From Candidatus Cloacimonadales bacterium (GTDB lineage Bacteria > Cloacimonadota > Cloacimonadia > Cloacimonadales > JAFGVF01): a stretch of DNA of 64,000 nt. The stretch spans positions 2,240,001 to 2,304,000 of the forward strand of contig CAXXJV010000001.1 in NCBI GenBank assembly GCA_963663475.2, written 5' to 3'. The translations under genes and the position numbers were made by a program. Under the pieces are notes generated by a model. The model did no database searches. It was not told the DNA's origin and was given only the letters and a program-made list of their open reading frames with translations. Shown here in pieces: positions 57,404 through 64,000 of this stretch. Numbering within the stretch: position 1 is the stretch's first letter; each line of letters begins with the position of its first letter.

Positions 57404-59458
57404 TTATTCTTGTTCCTGTTTTGATTCTTCAATAATTTTGTTAGCTTCATCATTTGGAACTTTTTCATAGTGTGAGAAGCTTTGAGTGAATTTACCTCTA
57501 CCTTGGGTTAGAGATTTAAGGGTTGGGAAATATTTATAAATTTCTGCAAGAGGTAATTCAGCAGTAAGAATCTGTTTTCTACCTTCTTGTTCCATACCAA
57601 CGATTTTACCTCTACGAGTAGAGATATCACCCATTACATCACCCATGTATTCAGTAGGGATAACAATTTTCATACTATGGATAGGTTCTAAAAGAATAGG
57701 GTTACATTTTGTGAATCCATTCTTAAGAGCCATAGTAGAAGCTAATTTGAAAGCCATTTCTGAAGAGTCCACATCATGATAAGAACCGTAATAAAGGTCA
57801 CAATAGATATCAACAACAGGATAACCAGCAATAATACCATTTATCATTGTTTCATTAATACCTTTCTCAACAGCAGGAATATAACCAGAAGGGATAGTAC
57901 CACCAACAATAGAGTTAATGAATTCATAGCCTTCGCCTCTAGCTTTTGGTCCAATTCTCATGAAGACATGTCCGTATTGACCTTTACCACCAGATTGTTT
58001 CTTATGTTTATATTCAACATCAGTTTTTCCAGTGATAGTTTCACGGTAAGGAATTCTTGGAGCTTTGAGAACAGCATTAACCTTGTAACGATTTTTGAGT
58101 TTCTTCTGTAGTAAAAGTAATTGTTGTTCACTAGTACCAGAGAGAATATTTTCATGAGTTTCAACATTAAGTTTAAGGTTAATAGTTGGATCTTCATTCA
58201 TTAATCTTTGGATAGCAACACCAATTTTATCTTCATCATTTTGTGATTCACCAACAATTGACTTCCACATTACTGGGTCTGGGAACTTAACAGGAAGACA
58301 TTGCATGTTAGAAGCATTTTCTACAATAGAATCCATAGATCTAGCATATTTAAGTTTAACTAAAGCTCCGATTTCACCAGCTTTAATTTCACTAGCATCA
58401 ACTCTATTTTTACCTTGAGCATAGTAGAGGTTACCAATTTTGTCTTTATTTTCTTTTTCAGGAATATAGACATCGGTACCAGAAGTTAAAGAACCAGAGT
58501 AAAGTCTGAAGTAGGCAATATCACCCATAGTTGGATCAGCATAGTTTTTGAAAATGAAACCTAGTACTTTTCCATCAGGGGAGCAGACAAATTCTTTTTT
58601 CTCATCTTTTTCTAAGATTTCCATGTTAGCACAATCGGCAGGACTTGGAAGGTATTCAAGGATAGCTTCTAGAAGGTTAGTTAGACCAACTTGGCTAGCT
58701 GCAGAAACTGCGAATGCAGGCATAATAGAACCATTTTTAATAGCAGTTTTAGCACCTTTAATCATTTCATCTTGGGTAAGCTCACCTGCATCGAAGAATT
58801 TTTCTAACAGTTCTTCGTCTGATTCGGCAACTGCTTCCATGAGAGTATTTCTTTTTTCTTCGATTTCATCAGCCATATCTGCAGGGATATCAGCAACTTT
58901 ACCATCAATATAAGCTTTATTTTTTAAAATATCAATAACACCTTTGAAGGCACTTTCACTTCCGATTGGAATAACAAAAGGTGTTGCATTAAAATCTGAG
59001 TTTTCAGAAATAGTTTCTATAACTTTATTGAAATCAGAATGTTCTTGATCTAATCTATTAACAATTAATGCTCTAGCTTTAGATGAACCTTCTAATTGTT
59101 CAAGAGCTTTTTCAAGTCCAACTTCAAAACCACCAGCAGCATTAGCAACGACACAGATTGTTTCAACAGCTGGAAATACTGAGAGTTGGTCACCAATATA
59201 GTCTGGAGTACCTGGAGCATCTATAATATTAATTCTATGATTCTTATAATCAATAAAGCCACAGCTAAGAGATAAAGAGTTTTTCTTTTCAATCTCTTCA
59301 GGATCGAAGTCCATAACAGTGTTTCCATCATCGACTTTACCAATACGAGTAATCATTTTAGTTGTATATAGTAGGTTTTCTGCGAGGGTAGTTTTCCCAG
59401 CTCCACTTGAACCTAATAAGGCTATGTTTCGAATGTTTTTCATGTCATAATTCTTCAT
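57404..59458 (-). CDS. Elongation factor G-like protein (EF-G2 type paralogue)
   Basis: Five-domain EF-G layout (KKQSGGKGQYGHV, YHDVDSSEMAF) with divergent G motifs GSSGAGKTT, DAPGT and NRLD; not in an rps/tuf operon. Confidence 0.88.
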   Translation of the reverse strand: MKNYDMKNIRNIALLGSSGAGKTTLAENLLYTTKMITRIGKVDDGNTVMDFDPEEIEKKNSLSLSCGFIDYKNHRINIIDAPGTPDYIGDQLSVFPAVETICVVANAAGGFEVGLEKALEQLEGSSKARALIVNRLDQEHSDFNKVIETISENSDFNATPFVIPIGSESAFKGVIDILKNKAYIDGKVADIPADMADEIEEKRNTLMEAVAESDEELLEKFFDAGELTQDEMIKGAKTAIKNGSIMPAFAVSAASQVGLTNLLEAILEYLPSPADCANMEILEKDEKKEFVCSPDGKVLGFIFKNYADPTMGDIAYFRLYSGSLTSGTDVYIPEKENKDKIGNLYYAQGKNRVDASEIKAGEIGALVKLKYARSMDSIVENASNMQCLPVKFPDPVMWKSIVGESQNDEDKIGVAIQRLMNEDPTINLKLNVETHENILSGTSEQQLLLLQKKLKNRYKVNAVLKAPRIPYRETITGKTDVEYKHKKQSGGKGQYGHVFMRIGPKARGEGYEFINSIVGGTIPSGYIPAVEKGINETMINGIIAGYPVVDIYCDLYYGSYHDVDSSEMAFKLASTMALKNGFTKCNPILLEPIHSMKIVIPTEYMGDVMGDISTRRGKIVGMEQEGRKQILTAELPLAEIYKYFPTLKSLTQGRGKFTQSFSHYEKVPNDEANKIIEESKQEQE

Positions 59459-59601
59459 TAATTTTCCCCCGTTTATGGATTTTTCAATTTAATAACCATT
59501 ATTGACAATAAATTATTAGGTGTCAAGAAAATATTATTTTTTTTTGATTTTACTAAAAAAAGTAATGCTTTTTATCTTAACACATCCATTAATAATCATT
59601 A

Positions 59602-60084
59602 TTATAATTTTTTATAGATTTCTTGTAATTGCTTGATAAAATCTTGTAGATTTGAGTTATCTTCAACTGGTGCATGCAGTTCTTTAGTTAAAAGAATCTT
59701 GCTTTCAGGTAATAATTCTTGAAGATGTTCAATAGTTTTACCTGGGCTTCCTCTATGAGAACAAGTCAGAACAATATTTTTGTTATCGAGATTAACTGAT
59801 GTTAAGAAAGATCTTAAAACTGGAGCAAATGTCCAGGCCCAGACAGGTCCACCTAAGATTATTAGATCATAATCTTGAGGATTGAAGTCGTATTTTTTTA
59901 AACTTGGAGTTTTTTTTCTTAGAGATTCATTACCACCTTGAAAGAGAATTTTTATACTACTATTAGTGTATTCTTTTTCAGGGACAAGTCTTAGGATATC
60001 GCAATTTAAAGTGTTTTCTAAGATTTTGGCAAACTTTTCATTATCACCAGAATAAGAAAAGTAAATAAAAATTGATTTAGTCAT
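59602..60084 (-). CDS. Flavodoxin-like protein
   Basis: YFSYSG.N..A and YDLIILGGPVW. Confidence 0.82.
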   Translation of the reverse strand: MTKSIFIYFSYSGDNEKFAKILENTLNCDILRLVPEKEYTNSSIKILFQGGNESLRKKTPSLKKYDFNPQDYDLIILGGPVWAWTFAPVLRSFLTSVNLDNKNIVLTCSHRGSPGKTIEHLQELLPESKILLTKELHAPVEDNSNLQDFIKQLQEIYKKL

Positions 60085-60086
60085 TA

Positions 60087-60935
60087 TTACCTCGTTTTTC
60101 TTTTATAAACATAGAATTTATGGTGAGCCCAAAAGAGTTTGAGAAATCTTGGGCCATATTTTTCTAACCAATAATATTTCATCATATCATGGGCGAAGTT
60201 TGGCTTTTTATCTGTCCAGTAATCCAATACAGTAAGAATCTCTTTATTAACAGAATTAGTTTTTTCATTAATAAGAAAGTCTAGCTTTAGTTTTTTTAAG
60301 AAGTCTTCTTTAGCCATACCGATATCTGGCCAAGGGGGGCAATCAAAATAATCCCAATAGACTTGTTTCCAGCCTAAATTTTTCATGATTGCGTTGAAGT
60401 TTTTATGTTTGATATTATCTTCAATAAGGTATTTGTTAAGATCTTCTTTACCAAGGTATTTTTGACTTAGGTAACCTAGACCACATCTATTAGGGACTGC
60501 AAGAACAATTATTTTATTAGTTATTCTATCTAATTCAGTAAGGAATGACGTCAGGTCATTAGTGAACCAGAGGGCTGAGAAGTTCCAGGCCATATCCATG
60601 CTTTTATCAGCAAGCTTTAAGCTTGAATAATTATTGGTATAAAGAGATTTTAGAGGTATATTTGCTTCTTGCCAAACTTGATTAATTAATGATAATCTGT
60701 CTTCATCGTGGTCAATAAGAGTAACATCAACTCCAGCTTTAGCAAATCCCATTGAGTTGATTCCAGACATACCAGTGAAACCGAATGAAGGTGCTTCTAG
60801 AAGACTTTTTATATTATATTTAGTAATTATATTCATAATTCTTTCATGAATAATTATGCGTTCATAGCTTGAACCTAAGCCTTCATCAGGATTTTGGTAA
60901 TACTTCTTCCAAAAGTGAATAATTGGTATAGCCAT
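60087..60935 (-). CDS. Hypothetical protein, possibly with a SAM-methyltransferase fold
   Basis: LLEAPSFG, VTLID, DKSMDMAWN and FLTELDRIT resemble degenerate class I MTase motifs. Confidence 0.55.
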   Translation of the reverse strand: MAIPIIHFWKKYYQNPDEGLGSSYERIIIHERIMNIITKYNIKSLLEAPSFGFTGMSGINSMGFAKAGVDVTLIDHDEDRLSLINQVWQEANIPLKSLYTNNYSSLKLADKSMDMAWNFSALWFTNDLTSFLTELDRITNKIIVLAVPNRCGLGYLSQKYLGKEDLNKYLIEDNIKHKNFNAIMKNLGWKQVYWDYFDCPPWPDIGMAKEDFLKKLKLDFLINEKTNSVNKEILTVLDYWTDKKPNFAHDMMKYYWLEKYGPRFLKLFWAHHKFYVYKRKTR

Positions 60936-60937
60936 TC

Positions 60938-61909
60938 TTACGATTCCTTATAAAATTCAATTACTTCGTGGAAGTTGTCTAATGTATCAGATTTTTCTAA
61001 AGGTAGTTCTTGATAGGTGTTGGAGACATCATAATACCAACTTTGAGATATTAGTTCAAAGCGGGAAACAAATATTTCGCTTTTAAGGATAGAAGCTAAT
61101 TTCCTTGCCCAAGAAAAGCAGAAATAAGGAATTATTCTAGACTTTGGAAGTGCTTTTCCATGAATTTCTTTAGAAATATAGTTAACTAGATCTATAAGAG
61201 AAATTGCTTCTTGGTCAGCTACAATGTATTTTGATCCTGATTTGACTGGGTTATTTGCACAAAAGGCAAAAGCTTTAGCGAGAGAATGGATATTTGTGAG
61301 TTGTATTTTTACTTGTCTTCTTGGGACAAGCATTAATTTTTTATCAACTAATTTACAGAGAGTATAGGGGAAACCATAATCTCCTTGACCATAAGTAATG
61401 GCAGGCCTGATTATTATGGCAGATAATCCTTGGGTAATTAGATCATTAATAATCTCTTCGCTACGTATTTTCGTAAAATGATAATAGTTATCATCTTGTC
61501 TTGGCGTTGATTCACTTGCTGGTAATTCTTTAGGAATAGCTCCAAAGACACCAACAGATGAGCAATAGACTAGTTTTGTCTTGTTAGATAAGCAATGTTG
61601 AGCAATAATGGAAGTAGCTTCAATATTAGCTAAATAGTATTTATCTTTAGAGTCAGGTCTCCCCCCTCTTATAGCTCCAATGTGCACAATAATATCAAAG
61701 TTATTTGCATTTAAATATGATTTTAACTTGTTTATATCACAAAGGTTGATTTCTACAAAGCTAACTTTATCTGAGAGTTCAGAGATTCTCTTGGGGTTAG
61801 TATTTGGTCTGATTAAACCGACTATTGAGTTTTCTGGATTTTTGACAAGTTCTTTTGCTGTTTCTTTTCCCACAAAACCACTAATTCCTGTTAATAATAT
61901 CTTTGGCAT
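60938..61909 (-). CDS. NAD-dependent epimerase/dehydratase (extended SDR)
   Basis: TGISGFVG, SSVGVFG, YHFTK (YxxxK) and IRP...YG. Confidence 0.85.
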   Translation of the reverse strand: MPKILLTGISGFVGKETAKELVKNPENSIVGLIRPNTNPKRISELSDKVSFVEINLCDINKLKSYLNANNFDIIVHIGAIRGGRPDSKDKYYLANIEATSIIAQHCLSNKTKLVYCSSVGVFGAIPKELPASESTPRQDDNYYHFTKIRSEEIINDLITQGLSAIIIRPAITYGQGDYGFPYTLCKLVDKKLMLVPRRQVKIQLTNIHSLAKAFAFCANNPVKSGSKYIVADQEAISLIDLVNYISKEIHGKALPKSRIIPYFCFSWARKLASILKSEIFVSRFELISQSWYYDVSNTYQELPLEKSDTLDNFHEVIEFYKES

Positions 61910-62006
61910 TAATACTCCTATTATTGACTTATCATTAATTTAAATATAGCTAATAATAAGTCAAGAAAAAATAGCTTGATTACTTTCTCTCCTAATTAAT
62001 AATGGG

Positions 62007-62091
62007 TAAAGTTAAATAATGTATTAGACTTTGTGGTAGAACTATATTCAATAGCAATCTTCATTAAGCTCTAGTCTATTATTTTAGTTAA
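62007..62091 (+). repeat. Degenerate minimal copy of the MITE-like element (both ends, core lost)
   Basis: aaataatgtattagactttgtg resembles the left ends at 24836 and 46327; tcttcattaagctcta resembles the right end. Confidence 0.45.
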
Positions 62092-62141
62092 TAATACTGA
62101 TATAGTAAAAAAATAAATAAAGAATATAAATAGGAGTTATC

Positions 62142-64000
62142 ATGTCTAATTTACAAATTAGTCAATCTGACTTGCCTTTTTTGAGGCTATTATCTGAGAA
62201 ATTTCCTACAATAGCAGCTGCAAGTGCCGAGATAATTAACTTGCAAGCAATATTAAATTTACCAAAAGGAACTGAACACTTTTTGTCTGATATTCATGGT
62301 GAGTATGATTCTTTTCAGCATGTAATCAAGAATGCTTCTGGGGTTATTAAGGGAAAGATAAAAAGTTTATTTGAAATAACTCTTACAAGTCAAGAGCGAG
62401 AAGAATTAACTTTTCTGATTTATTATCCAGAAGAGATTCTGCAGATTAAAAGAAATGAAAATAAAAATCTTAATGATTGGTATGCAGTAACTCTTTTTAG
62501 ATTAATTCAGTTGTGCCGAGAATCAGCTTCTAAGTACACAAGATCAAAAGTTAGAAAAGCTCTTCCCAAGGAATTTGCCTATATCATAGATGAGTTACTA
62601 AATGAGCAGGGTGAAAATAAGCATGAATATTATAATCAGATTATAAAAACTATTATTGAATTACGCAGAGCAGAATCATTTATTATTGAAATATCCAAGA
62701 TTATTCAGCGTTTTTCAGTAGATCATCTTCACATACTAGGAGATATTTTTGATAGAGGTTCTTCCCCTCATTTAATAATGGATCTCTTGGAAAAACACCA
62801 TAGTTTTGATATTCAATGGGGAAATCATGATATTTTATGGATGGGAGCTGGAGCTGGTTCTTTAGCCTGCATTACAAATCTTCTTAGGATATCCTTTCGG
62901 TATGGTAACATTGATACAATTGAGGATGGTTATGGAATAAATTTACGACCTTTATGGAAGTTTGCTCTAGATACATACAAAGACGACCCATGTCTTGAGT
63001 TCATGCCCAAAGAAAATAATGAATCTGAAAATGCTAACAACCTTGCTAAAATCTCAAAAGCAGTTGCAATATTACAGTTTAAACTAGAAGCTGAGTTGAT
63101 TAAAAGAAGACCTGCTTTTGATATGGATGATAGGCTTCTCTTGGAAAAGATAGATTACACAAAGGGAAGAGTTGTTATTGATGGTAATGAATATGAGTTA
63201 AGTTCTTGTAATTTTCCAACTATTGATCCTGAAAATCCTAATAAACTTTCTCCTGAGGAAAAACATATTGTTAAACAGTTGAAAGAAACTTTTATAACTA
63301 ATGAAAAACTTCAGAGACATATCCAGTTATTGTTAGCAAAAGGTTCACTTTATAAGACTCATAATAATAATCTTCTCTTTCATGGCTGTATTTTACTTAA
63401 TGAGGATGGTTCTTTAAAAAAACTACCAGTTCAGGGTAAAGAATACACAGGTAAAAAGCTAATGGATAAATTTGATAGAATAGTTAGACAAGGCTGTATG
63501 AGTAAGGATATTGTTGCTAAAAAATATGGTGAAGATATTATGTGGTATCTTTGGTCTGGAGTTGATTCACCTCTTTTTGGTAAGAAAAAGATGGCAACTT
63601 TTGAAAGACTTTTCATCAAAGATAAAGAAACTCATGTTGAAGAAAAGAATCCTTATTATGAGTTTAGAAATGATGAGAAGACCTGCAAAATGCTTTTAGA
63701 AGAGTTTGGCTTAAATCCTGAAAAATCTCATATTTTTAATGGTCATGTACCAGTCAAGACAGCTAAAGGAGAATCACCTGTCAAAGCAAATGGAAGACTT
63801 ATTGTAATTGATGGTGGTTTTTCCAGAGCATATCAAAAAGTAACAGGTATTGCTGGATACACCTTGATTGCTAATTCTCATGGATTAACTCTAACTGCTC
63901 ATCAACCTTTCGTTTCTAAGGATGAAGCAATTAATAAAAGAATTGATATTGATTCTCAAAGATCGATATTAGAAACTTCACATGAAAGAATTAGAGTTAA
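62142..64000 (+). CDS. fbp: Fructose-1,6-bisphosphatase class III, runs off the right edge
   Basis: Not in the ORF track; translated by hand after AGGAG. EIINLQAILNLPKGTEHFLSDIHGEY, GDIFDRG, QWGNHD and NGHVPVK. Confidence 0.93.
   Translation, partial: MSNLQISQSDLPFLRLLSEKFPTIAAASAEIINLQAILNLPKGTEHFLSDIHGEYDSFQHVIKNASGVIKGKIKSLFEITLTSQEREELTFLIYYPEEILQIKRNENKNLNDWYAVTLFRLIQLCRESASKYTRSKVRKALPKEFAYIIDELLNEQGENKHEYYNQIIKTIIELRRAESFIIEISKIIQRFSVDHLHILGDIFDRGSSPHLIMDLLEKHHSFDIQWGNHDILWMGAGAGSLACITNLLRISFRYGNIDTIEDGYGINLRPLWKFALDTYKDDPCLEFMPKENNESENANNLAKISKAVAILQFKLEAELIKRRPAFDMDDRLLLEKIDYTKGRVVIDGNEYELSSCNFPTIDPENPNKLSPEEKHIVKQLKETFITNEKLQRHIQLLLAKGSLYKTHNNNLLFHGCILLNEDGSLKKLPVQGKEYTGKKLMDKFDRIVRQGCMSKDIVAKKYGEDIMWYLWSGVDSPLFGKKKMATFERLFIKDKETHVEEKNPYYEFRNDEKTCKMLLEEFGLNPEKSHIFNGHVPVKTAKGESPVKANGRLIVIDGGFSRAYQKVTGIAGYTLIANSHGLTLTAHQPFVSKDEAINKRIDIDSQRSILETSHERIRV

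Noticed and set aside
3547..63699. Remaining short ORF-track entries nested in or antisense to confident genes (for example 3974, 8811, 25956, 36303, 39603, 50818, 57776, 58548, 63431)
   Set aside because: Shadow ORFs that overlap well-supported CDSs and carry no motifs of their own.

Overview
AT-rich bacterial chromosomal window made mostly of housekeeping genes. It covers RNA modification and turnover (rlmD, TrmH-family, dusB, tadA, rsmD, THUMP methyltransferase, RlmG-like, rsmB, rph, pnp), translation (rpsO, frameshifted prfB, cysS, thrS, dtd, an EF-G paralogue, tRNA-Ser(CGA)), envelope and sugar-nucleotide genes (ugd, galE, hldD, kdsD, uppS, cdsA, mltG), DNA repair (mutM, ruvC, ruvA, a nuclease-XPD helicase fusion) and metabolism (gdhA, ahcY, hutI, class III fbp). 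The gene mix suggests a diderm anaerobe, possibly Cloacimonadota-like; this is inference only. I found no CRISPR array, prophage, intact transposase or rRNA. The most unusual signal is non-coding. A MITE-like element with terminal inverted repeats and modular, covarying internal hairpins occurs as four substantial copies plus two fragments. Two near-identical palindromes with perfect 31-32 bp stems each sit next to one of these copies. A REPIN-like nested inverted repeat is also present. Several of these cluster in a 1.25 kb gene-free region (23780-25033). Also notable are an unannotated 55-aa Cys-rich ORF and a NusG paralogue preceded by a strong hairpin. I cannot establish a clearly novel multi-gene system from sequence alone.
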